This document shows, piece after piece, positions 37,408 to 49,859 of a DNA stretch of 64,000 bases (positions are counted from its first letter, which is position 1; the number at the start of each line of letters is the position of its first letter). This DNA comes from Octopus sinensis (taxonomy: Eukaryota). Below the pieces are notes generated by a model that saw only the letters and a program-made list of their open reading frames with translations, searched no databases and was not told the DNA's origin. The position numbers were made by a program, and so were the translations under genes. The DNA lies in assembly GCF_006345805.1 (NCBI RefSeq), contig NC_043014.1, forward strand, positions 22,630,001-22,694,000. The letters run 5' to 3'.

Positions 37408-37887
37408 AATACTATAATCATAAATGATTATATTGAATTTTGAGATACTAAAGGCACCAACTCAACTCAGTATCAGAGCGAGCTAGAATCCGCAACTAGT
37501 ATCACCAAATCAATGCGTGAATGAAAAGATTGTGTCACCAGCCCCTTCCCACCCGTGTGTAGCCAAAACAAGATGCTGTGGTCATCTACTGAGATAAAAT
37601 ATGGTTATCCGTAATAATGAAGGTTGAAATTAATTAATTTGGAATATTATCAATTACACCAAGTAGTCTTCGGCATGTAAAAGCCTCATTCGAGAAAATT
37701 AAGTAATACTAAGCAATAAAGGGTTTAGCAACGAATTGCCTTACCACATACCGAATTTAGAAATAGCAGTCAAAGTTATAGCTATTTCTCTACTAAAAAG
37801 GGAGATCTCAGTAAAAAAGCAATTGGAAGGCAGACACAAACAGTAAGAGAATGAATGACGGCAATCTATCATACAATTTTAAGTTAT

Positions 37888-37986
37888 CTACGGACGTACG
37901 TTTCGAAATCAAGTTTTTAGGAAAGCATAAGAATTAAATATTAAATAATTCTATCTTACCAAAAACTTCTTTTCTCTTCAGCGTAG
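37888..37986 (-). ncRNA. Canonical type I hammerhead ribozyme, copy 2
   Basis: CUACG-CUGAAGA-GAAA ag AAGUUUUU GG..AGAAUUA loop UAAUUCU..CC u AAAAACUU ga UUUC-GAAA-C GUAC G-UC^CGUAG; full core, G10.1-C11.1 pair, GUC site between 37893 and 37892. Confidence 0.9.
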
Positions 37987-38471
37987 AATACTATAATCAT
38001 AAATGATTATATATTGAATTTTGAGATACTAGAAGGCACCAACTCAACTCAGTATCAGAGCGAGCTAGAATCCGCAACTAGTATCACCAAATTCAATGCG
38101 TGAATGAAAAGATTGTGTCACCAGCCCCTTCCCACCCGCGTGTAGCCAAAACAAGATGCTGTGGTCATCTACTGAGATAAAATATGGTTATCCGTAATAA
38201 TGAAGGGTGAAATTAATTAATTTGGAATAATTATCAATTACACCAAGTAGCTTCGGCATGTAAAAGCCTCATTCGAGGAAAATTTAAGTAATACTAAGCA
38301 ATCAAGGGTTTAGCAACGAATTGCCTTACCACATACCGAATTTAGAAATAGCAGTCAAAGAGTTATAGCTATTTCTTCTACTAAAAAGGGAGATCTCAGT
38401 AAAAACAGCAATTGGAAGGCAGATACAAAAAATTGTATGATAGATTGCCGTCAATTCATTCTCTCTTACCT

Positions 38472-39720
38472 TGGGTGCCTCCATGAGACCTGGTGATGCG
38501 GCTTAGTCATGAAGAATTTGTTGGAAACGCAGAGTTTCCGGTAAGAGCAAAGCTCCAACAGTCTCTGGCCATTCTCATTCACCTTCCCCACGCCAAAGCG
38601 TCCAAGGCAATCTGGCCATGCCCCATGATCGGATCCCACCCTTGCGTTGAAGTCGCCCAGAAGGAAGATGGGCTCCGACCCTGGTATCTGGCTGATGGTG
38701 GCGTCGAGCTCCTCATAGAACCGGTCTTTTATTTCCTGAGGAGAGTTGGGTTGGGGCATAAGCACTAATTATGTTTGCCTTCCCCGTTGATGTTGCAAGG
38801 TTAAGAGTGAGGATGCGCTCTGAGCCATTTGAAGAGGGATCACCATGGGGAGCAAGCTGTTCCTCACGGCAAACCCCACGCCATGCTGGCGGGCCTCCTC
38901 GACGGGTCTCCCCTCCCCAGTAGAAGTGTAGTCCTTCTCCCGTAGCATGCCGTCTGCGGCGAGCCTGGTCTCTTGCAGCGCCGCTATGTCGATGTTCAGC
39001 TTTTCAATTCGGTGTTGATGACTGCTGCTGTCTTCCTACCGGTCGTTCATCTGTCGTAGATCGTCAATGATGCCAGGGCACATGGTCCTGACATTCCAGG
39101 TGGCCAGTCGCAAGACTGGTGACTGGGTGTTTGTTTTCCCTTTGTTTGCTGGTGCAGGGTTTTCAGTCTGCTTTTCAGATTTTGTCCTAGCTCCAAGCAC
39201 CCATTGAAGCGGGCAGTCTGTGGCGGGTCAGCACCATTATTGGCCGGGGGCTGACCAGTGGGACTTCAATGGTCCCTCCCACCGTTAGAGACGGCCCGTA
39301 GCGCCCGGGATTACGCCAATTCACCCTGGCTTATAACTCGTAACTGCCATCTCAGCTTGTTCCATCGATGGAGTAGTTTCTCCATGGCGCATGCCTGGGC
39401 GATAGAAACGAAGACACTGGGCTGCCCAGACACCAGAATCTCCCTCTCGGCCCCCCAGACATAATCCAAAGGAATGCAGTGCAGTACGTTTGGAGTCTGG
39501 TTGGCTGCAGGAGTTGCCGGAAAGGGGTCGAGATTCGACACCCTACCGCCTTCGGAGCTCCACTCCGGATTTTCTGTCTGGGTTTACTCCCATAGCCTTT
39601 CCCTCTCCCAAGAGCATCCGCAAGGCAGCGGAGCGAGGGTTTTGGAGTCAGAGTTTTCCTTCTCCTAGACTGGCTGGCCCACCAAGGCTAACGAGCCCAC
39701 TGCCCACCTGGTTAGACCGC
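38472..39720 (-). mobile_element. RTE (BovB/RTE-1-like) 5' portion: GC-rich 5'UTR plus AP endonuclease
   Basis: LRLATWNVRTM, LNIDIAALQET, LLGDFNARVG, NENGQRLLELC, SWRHPR; 5'UTR motif ctaggagaaggaaaactc; frameshifted and truncated at the tandem element. Confidence 0.9.
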
Positions 39721-39721
39721 C

Positions 39722-39753
<32 letters not shown>

Positions 39754-39841
39754 GATATATATATATATATATATATTAATATATATACATATATATATAT
39801 ATACATATTATATATACAATATAATATATATACATATATAT

Positions 39842-39877
<36 letters not shown>

Positions 39878-39917
39878 GTAATATATGTAGATGTATATAT
39901 ATTGTTATATATATATA

Positions 39918-39977
<60 letters not shown>

Positions 39978-40040
39978 CTATATAATAGTATTATATATAT
40001 ATATATAATATATATACATATATTATATATACATATATAC

Positions 40041-40127
<87 letters not shown>

Positions 40128-40209
40128 TACATATATATTATATATATATATGTATATATATATAATGTATATATATATATAATATGTATATATATTATAT
40201 GTATAGATG

Positions 40210-40246
<37 letters not shown>

Positions 40247-40311
40247 GTATTGTATATAATATATATATATGTATGTATATATATATACATATATGTATTA
40301 ATATACATACA

Positions 40312-40345
<34 letters not shown>

Positions 40346-40520
40346 CATATATATATTATATAATACATATATATATATATATACATTATATATATATATA
40401 TACTATATATATATACATATATATAATCATATACATATATATACATATATACAATATATATATATACATATATATATATCTACATATATAGATACATATT
40501 ATGATATATATATATATATC

Positions 40521-40551
<31 letters not shown>

Positions 40552-40755
40552 TCGATATACATATATATATTATTACATATATATATATATATATAATATA
40601 TATATATCTACATATATATATATATATATACATATATTATATATATAAATACTATTATATATATACATATATATATATATCTACATATATATATATAATT
40701 ATACCAATATATTACTACATATATATATAGTATACATATATATACATATATATAC

Positions 40756-40786
<31 letters not shown>

Positions 40787-40919
40787 CACATATATATACA
40801 TTATATAATATATACATATATATATATATAGATATATATATATATATACATATATAACATATATATATAGATATACATATATATATATATATATCATATA
40901 TATATATATATACATATAT

Positions 40920-40953
<34 letters not shown>

Positions 40954-41017
40954 CATATTATATATATATACATATATTATATATACATATATATATATAT
41001 ATATACATATATATAGC

Positions 41018-41050
<33 letters not shown>

Positions 41051-41239
41051 CAATATATATATAATATAATATATACATATATATATATATATACATATAT
41101 TATATATATACATATATATATACATATATATATATAATACATATTATATTTATATATACATAATATATATATAATATCATATATATATATACAATATACA
41201 TATACATATATATATATATATACATAACATACATATATG

Positions 41240-41289
<50 letters not shown>

Positions 41290-41627
41290 CATATATATAT
41301 ATACATATGTATATATATACATATATGTTATATATACATATATGTATATATATACATATATGTATATATATATACTCATATATATACATATAATATATAT
41401 ATACATTATGTATATATATACATATATGTATATATATATACATATACGTATATATATATACATATATATTATATACATATATATATATACATATACATAT
41501 ATGTATATATAAATACATATATATATGTATATACATATATATATATATATATAGACATATATGTATATATATATATATAAGACATATATGTATATATATA
41601 TATATGTATATATTATATACATATATG

Positions 41628-41676
<49 letters not shown>

Positions 41677-41699
41677 TCATATATATATATATATATATA

Positions 41700-41779
<80 letters not shown>

Positions 41780-41786
41780 TATACAC
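39721..41786. repeat. ~2.1-kb (TA)n/(TACA)n microsatellite
   Basis: TA alternation, mostly C-interrupted on the + strand. Confidence 0.97.
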
Positions 41787-41787
41787 A

Positions 41788-43245
41788 CTAGCAGAGATAC
41801 CTGGCATTGCCCGTGTTACATTCAATTGAAGAATTAGACTTTTCTATTATTTTGTCTGTAATGAACTGGAATATCTATATTTGGAATTTCATCGAAATTG
41901 CAGATGAGGGTTATTTCCCTCTTTACATATTTTTAAAAAATTGTAATTGTGCCACATGTATCTCATACTACTGATGTTTTTGCGGATATTCCAAAATTCC
42001 AGTCTTATAGAATCTGTTAAAAAGATTTTCCTCCTGAAAAATGAAGGTCAGGGAGCTCTAAAATGTAAGAGTTAACACCCTTATTAGGGGTGGGCATCTT
42101 AATGTTAACCAGAGAAGTTGAATTGTTGAGAATCTTTTTAACTTGGGTCTTATATCTATTGTTTGAATTTCTTTGAAATAGGAAATATATGTTCACTGGG
42201 TTTGTAAAAGAGAGCAAAGCTACAGGAAACCAAAAGATGAATGATCACAATAAGCAGTCAGCTACCCTACCCTAGTTGTTACTGCTCCCAATGTAGGATT
42301 CCCCACCATCCAAGTGACAGGCACAGCTGTAAGATGCATTATGAATCTATAGCAATTAGAAGGGCATGACCCAACTGAAATAAACATTAACAACTGTGTG
42401 ACGTAAGGAGAAACGAAAGTGTCACCTTTGGAGTTTGCAAATGACCACTATACTGATACGTAACTGGACAGAATAAATTTACAATCTATAAATATATAAG
42501 GGCATGACCCAACTGAAATAAACATTAACAACTGTGTGACGTAAGGAGAAACGAAAGTGTCACCTTTGGAGTTTGCAAATGACCACTATACTGATACGTA
42601 ACTGGACAGAATAAATTTACAATCTATAAATATCTTTGAATAACTAGTCACTCATGTGGGAAGGCCTTGAAATCAATGTTACCATCTGGGGACTATGTGT
42701 GACCCAGTGATAATAAAAAGACTGAAAGGAGATATGCAATCAAATAACTTTACTCAACACTTTGCAACTGAATCAGTGGAAGCAAAGATGCCTCTCATTT
42801 ACTTGACAATTTATGCAGGACATTGCAGACATCACAATGTAAGTGTATATCAAAGCAAACTGTTACACTGTTGTACCATTGAATTACTAATAATGCTCAA
42901 GAATTACAAATAATGCTTCCAAGAGCACAACTGTATTTGTCTTTGCTTAGATAAAATGACAAAATTGTGGGCGTTAAGTCCCCATGGAGGGGTCTTTTTA
43001 ACTTGTAAGATGATGAAATTTTATAAATATTACTTCATTTGTGTCTAATATCTATGGTTAAAATTTCACCAACAGCAAAAATATATGAATTGTCATGGTG
43101 GTTATGGCCCTTCTGCATAGAATATAATTTCCAAATTTCATAAAGATCCATTCAGGGCTTTTGATCTAGTTTTGGATCATAAAAGAAATGACTAAAATTT
43201 GGGAGTTAAGGCCACCATTAGGGTGTTTTATATATATATATATAT
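41788..43245 (-). mobile_element. Non-autonomous Helitron-like element (5' boundary uncertain)
   Basis: Minus 3' end: GC hairpin cacgggcaatgccagg, ~8 nt, CTAG|T at 41788; 41788-42365 is homologous to 51098-51664. Confidence 0.65.
42360..42633 (+). repeat. 138-bp near-perfect tandem duplication
   Basis: aagggcatgacccaactg...caatctataaatat starts at 42360 and again at 42498. Confidence 0.95.
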
Positions 43246-43534
43246 ACACACACACACATACAAAGATAAATTGATAGATACAACTGAGTGGGCAAACAAA
43301 AATATGAGACACAGCCTAGTGGGGTTTTTTTATGTTAATAAGCCTGGTACTTATTGTATTAGTTTTGTAATCCTGAGCACTTCACATTTCTAATCCTCAT
43401 ATTGCAGAACATGTGTAAATCTCTTCCTTTTGCTTAGCCAAGTATATTTGTTGTCTAGCATCTAGCTGCTCTTATAGCAATTTAATAATGCTCCCTACAA
43501 CCACCTTCCTTCCAGATTTTCCAAGCCTGTCTCA

Positions 43535-43729
43535 TGTAGTAACAATAAAACATATCATGAAGCAGGATAACAACAGCATAACAATCCCACAAACTCTCCA
43601 CGGACTATACACAAACCAACAAACAATATTTTGACAAACTACTAAAACGACACCTTACAACTTCATGTGATTAATGCCTACTCTCTCTGTCTCTCACTCA
43701 GACTGCTACTATTTATAGTCATCCAGTCA
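43535..43729. repeat. 195-bp TG...CA-bounded unit, copy 1 (solo-LTR-like)
   Basis: Near-identical to 46046-46242 with identical endpoints; TATAAATA near the minus-strand start, AATAAA near the plus-strand start. Confidence 0.7.
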
Positions 43730-43759
43730 CCTGTGTCATTCCATCACCACATTACATTT

Positions 43760-44150
43760 GGTTTAGCTGGGACTTTGCTCCAGCAACATGTTTGATCTGT
43801 AGCCCTAAGCAGGTTATTTCATAGAAATTTCCTGTTGCTTTAGGTGTCTTGATCTTTGAACCTATTTCCAACTGCTGGATCTTTCAGCTTTCATATCCTC
43901 CTTTTTCATATTGTCTATTATCTCTATGTCTGTCTAAATCTGACTCTGAAGTCATTCGCCACTAATTTTTGTTGAGTAGTGCATTCTTTGTCAGGAAAGG
44001 TTTTGGCATTTACAATAGCCTCTCTATCTTTTTTCCTGGTGAAAATGTAATTTATTAGAGTTGTGTGTTTGCCAGATTGGTAGGCGATAAAGTGGTTGGC
44101 TGGTTCCTTAAAGTTTTTGCTGCAAATTGTTAGATTAGTTGCATCACTGA
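43760..44150 (-). mobile_element. RTE endonuclease relic
   Basis: MEFSDATNLTICSKNFKEPANHFIAYQSG..LINYIFTRKKDREAIVNAKTFPDKECTTQQKLV. Confidence 0.7.
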
Positions 44151-44229
44151 ACTCCAAGAGACAAACATCTCTTCATTTCTTGAACCATACTCATAGCCTC
44201 CATGCATGTCATGGAAGCCTTCAACGTGT

Positions 44230-44465
44230 TGGCCAGTATATCCATATATACATGCATGTGTGTGTGTGTGTGTGTGTGCGCGCACGCATGTGTGTCATTG
44301 TATTTGTGTCCCCTCCCCACAACACTTGCCAATCAGTGTTGGTTTGTTTATATTGCTGTAACTTAGCTGTTTGGCAAAAGAGACTATGGTTTCTTTGACT
44401 AATCCTACTAGGTGATGCTCCTAGCATGGCTGCAGTCCAACAACTGAAGCATGCAAAAGAGTAAA
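44230..44465 (+). mobile_element. tRNA-SINE middle and 3' end with CR1-like tail
   Basis: (gt)n, tttgtgtcccctccc, gtaacttagctgtttggcaaaagagac, then ggtgatgctcctagcatggctgcagtccaacaactgaagc. Confidence 0.65.
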
Positions 44466-45044
44466 CTGACACATCTGACAAATGCAATACGTATACACAC
44501 ACACCTATGTGTGTGTGTATGAGTATGTGTGTGTATATATATATGTATGTATGTATGTATGAGTGAGTGCATTTATGAAATCTTAATATTTATAAAAATA
44601 TTTTTTTTTAAATATCTTCTTCCTCTTCCTTCCTAAGTTGTGATAATCTCGGGTTTTAATTACAGAAATGTTCACAAGATAATCTGATTAGTTGTAATTT
44701 GATAGCACCTCATGATGAGTTGTATGTCATTCACTGAGTTATTTTTAATTCTCTTTATTTTTTCTCACTCTATCTAATTTCAGGTTTTCTTCACTTTGTT
44801 GGCTTCTTATTTCACTTTCTTTATTTCTTGCTTTTTCTTAATTGTATTGTTACTTAATCATGTTTTTTGTTTGTTTAATCATAAATAATTAGCTTTTTTG
44901 TTTGTTTTTGTATTTGCAATGTAAACATTAAAGGTTGTTATAGGGAAAGGCATAAACGCCATTACAATGTCTATCTCCTCCAGATTCCCAATTTTATCTA
45001 CCCTGTAAATGTGATGGCTAGTGTCTACAACAACAACAACAATA

Positions 45045-45263
45045 ATAATAATAATCCTTTCTACTATAGACACAGGGTCTGAAATTTCTGAGGAGGGGAC
45101 TAGTCGATTACATTGACCCCAGTGTTTCACTGGTACTTAATTTATTGACCCTGAAAGGATGGATGAAAGGCAAAAGTTGACCTCTGCAGAATTTGAACTC
45201 AGAATGTAGTGACGGGTGAAATATTGCTAAGCATTTTGCCCAGCCTGCTAATGATTTTGCCAG

Positions 45264-45266
<3 letters not shown>
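45045..45266 (-). mobile_element. SINE with conserved central core and (ATT)n tail
   Basis: Minus strand ttctgagttcaaattctgcagaggtcaacttttgcctttcatcc...gggtcaataaattaagtaccag; homologous to 32573-32771. Confidence 0.7.
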
Positions 45267-45303
<37 letters not shown>

Positions 45304-46045
45304 TAATAATAATAACAATAATAATAATAACAATAACAACAAGATTAATAATGATAATAGTTTCTTTAAATACCACAAGGGCCCAAACATATAACACAAA
45401 CATGTTATACAAAGGGATTAAAACCATATATATAATAAATGGAGCCAAGGCAGAGAATTATTACAGTCGTCAGCAATTTTTGTTTTGACTCACTCCATTT
45501 TGAGTTCTAATTCCACTGAGGTAAATATCATCTTTCATATTTCTGTTGTTATAAAATAAATACCAATCTTGGGTAGTAGAGTGGTAAAATTGTTAGAATT
45601 TTGGATGAAGTGCTAGCAGTATCTATTCTAATTCTCTGCATTCTTAGAACAACATCTCTGACAACACTGGTGCCAAGTTGTATTGGCCCCTACCTGTTCC
45701 TTTAATATCAGTGGCATGCTTGCAATAGCAACTGCTGACCTTCCTTAAAAAAGAAGCTTGCCCACACTTGCACCCTGAAGAGGAACTTTCCTGGTGCAAA
45801 TCATTCAAAATCTTGCAAGACATGGGGGCACTGGATAAATGGGGCTGGGATTAAAATAACTTAAAATTTAGTGCATCTTCATCATCCTCAACATCATCAT
45901 CCTTTAATATCTGTTTTCCATGCTGGCATGGGTTGAACAGTTTGACAGGAGCTGGCAAGGCAAAGAGCTGCACCAGGTTCCAGTCTGATTTGTCTTGGTG
46001 CTGTATTGCCAATTGTCATGATGATACCTTTTTACACCATAACCA

Positions 46046-46242
46046 TGTAGTAACAATAAAACATATCATGAAGCAGGATAACAACAGCATAACAATCCCA
46101 CAAACTCTCCACGGACTATATACAGAAACCAACAAACAATATTTTGACAAACTACTAAAACAACACCTTACAACTTCCTGTGATTAATGCCTACTCTCTC
46201 TGTCTCTCACTCAGACCGCTACTATTTATAGTCATCCAGTCA
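46046..46242. repeat. 197-bp TG...CA-bounded unit, copy 2
   Basis: Differs from copy 1 at only about five positions; lies within a degenerate RTE tail (45885-46330). Confidence 0.7.
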
Positions 46243-47261
46243 AGTCTACTTTCACAGGGGGTGTTGTGGTGAGAGCCACAATATTTGATTTCTATGGCTG
46301 GATGCTCACATAAACAGATGGGAAAACCCAGCAAAGGAGTGAAGAGTCACCACCTGAGGAGATTCAGATAGGATCTGGGATCATTCTTGTATTTTTCTGT
46401 TATTTATTTATTTATTTATTTTGATGTCCCCTACTCCCCACAGAAGGAACTGTAGCTTGATGCCTCTGGCCTTGTCTGCTGGAAAGGAAGACTTCTTATC
46501 TCAGTTTCCCTATTTTATCAGCTCCTCATGCTTGTGCACTGAAGATGAGATGGTCCTATTTGTCTATACTTCTACCCTGGCTATTCTTAGAATTCTGATT
46601 GATAATATTTTGACAGGGGGTAGCAGCTATGGTCATCAACTGCTTTCTTTTTCTTCTTTTGTTTTTCTTTTTCTTGTCAATAGATCCTGATGTGGTCCTT
46701 TCTTCCACACTTGTAGTAAGTGAGCTCTCTGTGGTGTACCACTTACCTGTCTGATTGATCTCCTCTGTGCTTCTACTATGGCAGGCACTAACTCCTATTA
46801 ATACAGAGTCAGTTATATAAAATTGTGAACAAAGTTAATGGATATTTGCAAAAATATATGAACACAGCAAAATATTTAAGGACACATTTGCTTTTCCAGC
46901 CAGGTAATAGGATACATTCTAAACACCTCTGTTAGTAAACAGAATGAATAGGAAAAAAAATTATCATTCCATAAAATGATCCAGGAGGAAATCTCCTTAT
47001 AAAAGAGCTCAGAGAAACATGACTTTTCGTAGTAAACAGCAACATCAACAATAAAAGTAGCAATAGTATCAGCAACAACAACAATCAATTTTTTCCTTAT
47101 TAGCCACAAGAGCTTGAATAATACAAAGGAAAAGAAATTAAACTTTAACCAGGTGTTACCAAGAGTGAAAAACAGTTACAAAAATGAAGGGGAGTGGTAT
47201 GAGACATATACAGTATATGGAAAGATGTATTAAAAATTTTAAAGGTTCACAATCACATACG

Positions 47262-47297
<36 letters not shown>

Positions 47298-47399
47298 CAC
47301 ACACATATATACATACTTGCATGCACATGTGCTTGAATGTAAATTACTATAATGAAGTACAATAAAATACATTAACTAAAATATGATCGAGGCTGTGAG

Positions 47400-49560
47400 T
47401 ATAGTACAAAGAATGTGAAGGAACTAAGGCTCCTGGAATTTTGCAAAGCAAATGACCAAACCAGTTGCAACATTAGTTTCAGGAAACTGGCCAGCCATCT
47501 AATTACCTATGAATCAAGTGAACACAAAAATCAGATAGACTCCATTCTCATCAGAAAATGTGATAGACAAATTGTAGTGAATGCTAAGAGTTACCTTGAT
47601 GAAAACTGTTCCAACCAGAATTAAAACTAGATGGAGTTAGAATTTCAAGACAGTTTGACAAAAAGAAGCTTAAAGAGCCATCAAACATTCAGAGGTACAG
47701 AAAAGTACTAGTTGAAGCATTTGACAAGAAGAAAGAAGGGGTAGAGATGTAGAGAGAAAATCTTGGTGCTTCTGTGGAATAACATGTTGAAAGCCACAAA
47801 CCAAATATGTGGATGGTGTGAGGCCTTAACCTGATAAAAGAAGGAGTTTGTAGTGGGATTGTGTTGTAGTGAGGGTTATAAAGGATAAGAGACAGGTCCA
47901 GGTAGGTGGGGAAAATGGGTAGCAAAGAAAGTATCATGAGAAGAGAAGTAAATAATCAGGTATACTTTGCAAAGGAAAAGGAGGAAAGAAAGGTGTTTGG
48001 GCATATTCTGTGGCATGAAGATTAGAGATGCAAGCTGTTCAGAATGGCAAGACTCTGTACTAAAAAGAATTGAGATATCTTTGGGAAGAAATGTTTATAA
48101 AGCAATGAGAATACACTTGCTTTCACTAAAGATGAAAAGAAAGTTGCATGAAAGTGCTGCTATGATAGGCTACTGAAACTAGGAAATGCATGGGAAAATT
48201 GAATCTACCTACATCAAGTAAACCAACAGAAAGATCACACATTCAAGTTAATATCTGTATTGTAGATAGGGTGATTAAAGATATAAAGCTGGAAAAAATA
48301 GATGTTTCCATTATTTTAAATTGTTACAAAGGCAAAAGAGGCATACTAAAGAGAGGAAATTACAGAGGCATCAAGTTACTGAAGTAGGTCATGAAAGTTA
48401 CCAAAAGAGTTATTGTAAAATTGATTAGGAAGAACATTAGTCTTGGTGAGATACTGTTTGGCTTTGTACTAGAAAGGGGCACCACCAATACCATCTTCCT
48501 AGTGAAACAAGAGAAATACTTAGTCAGAAATAAGTTTCTACACAAAGAAGGCTTTCAACAAAGTCCCTTACTCTTCCATCTAGTGGTTGCTAAGGAAGCT
48601 AGGGGTAGATCAATGGTTCATGAAGGCTTTCTCAGTTATTTACAATGAGGTGAGAGTTAAAAATGGTGTACAGCTATGGATTTAACATGCAGGTAGGGAT
48701 TCTTCAAGCCTCATTCCTTGGTCCTCACCTGTTTGTTATAGTCCTCCAAGCTATAACAAAGAAATTTAAGATTGATTGTCCAAGAGAATTCCTGTATGCT
48801 GATGACATTGTTCTTTTAACAAAATCTATTGAATGTTCATGGAAGAAATTCCAAACATGGAAGCAAAACCTAGAATTGAAGGGTCTTAAATAAAACTACA
48901 TCAAGACAAAAGTTAGACTATGTGGGGAAGGTGATAGGACATTGCTTCTACCAGGGAAGTTACTCTGCTCAGTATACAAGAAACTACATATATAATGTAG
49001 AAACTTCATATATGTAATGTGGCTATTGTAAACAATGGCTGTAGAAAAGGTATTGGGAGGTGGGCTAACTGCAAAAGTAGCCTTCACATTTGGTATTAAA
49101 CATGGAGGGCATCTGGGAAATAGATTCTCTCAACAGCTCAGGGGATTTCATAAGAGTAGTCAATAGTTTTCTCTTCTTTTTTTTTTCATCCAAGTGATTT
49201 AAATAGGGTGTGTACTCTGAAAGAATAGTAGCCAGACTGTGAATGGGATATAAAAAAAAAGTCAATGAGCTATTGCCTCTGTTGGAAACAATAGGCTTCT
49301 CCCTCGAGTGAAAAACAGTGAATAATGCTTGTATGCAAAGTGCAGTGCTACAGAGTACTGCAGCCTGGTTGCAGAGGTTTTATGAAGGCTAGAAAAAAGA
49401 TGAAGGGAGTATACACCACTGGAGTGTAACGTCAGTGTGCATGAATGACACAATACAAATGACATGTGAGAAATTAGATGCAGTTTGTAAGAGAAATGAT
49501 TGCATTAGTATGGGCATGTGATGTAAATGGATAATGGCAGCTGCATCTAAAAGGTGCCAA
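47400..49560 (+). mobile_element. Highly degraded RTE LINE spanning EN to C-terminus with internal deletions
   Basis: LRLLEFCKAN..LITYES..QIDSIL; NYRGIKLL..MKVTKRVI; FLYADDIVLL. Confidence 0.78.
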
Positions 49561-49859
49561 GTGTAGTGAATGATAAGGACAAGGATATGATAATGGTGAA
49601 GATGATGATGATTGTCATAGTGATGACAATCATGATATCAGTGCAAAGGATGATTGTTAATTGAAAATTATAAAATCCAATTTGTCCTGATAAAAACATT
49701 GTGTGTACGTGTGTGTGTGCATGCATGCGTGCATGTGTGTATATTTCTTGGTTTAAATGTTTTTATTCCAATCAGTCCCCACTTTGCTCTATATTTTAAT
49801 GTTTAGCTTTATTTTTATCTTTCTTTGGACATGTATTATCCAGACTTAACATTTGCAGT

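Larger units (their letters stand above)
37116..38471 (-). mobile_element. Non-coding ~585-bp tandem unit (2.2 copies) with hammerheads and an inverted 5' fragment; retrozyme/PLE-type
   Basis: Units start at ~37117, 37703 and 38288; 38428-38471 is the reverse complement of 37260-37302; no ORF >=60 aa in the track. Confidence 0.85.

Noticed and set aside
37655-37700. Second hammerhead-like motif in the tandem unit (cgaatga ggc...gcc gaag, minus strand)
   Set aside because: Core does not match CUGANGA/GAAA and no helix I or III could be built.
43535-46242. Intact LTR retrotransposon bounded by the two 195-bp repeats
   Set aside because: Interior has no gag/pol, no convincing PBS/PPT, and there is no matching TSD.
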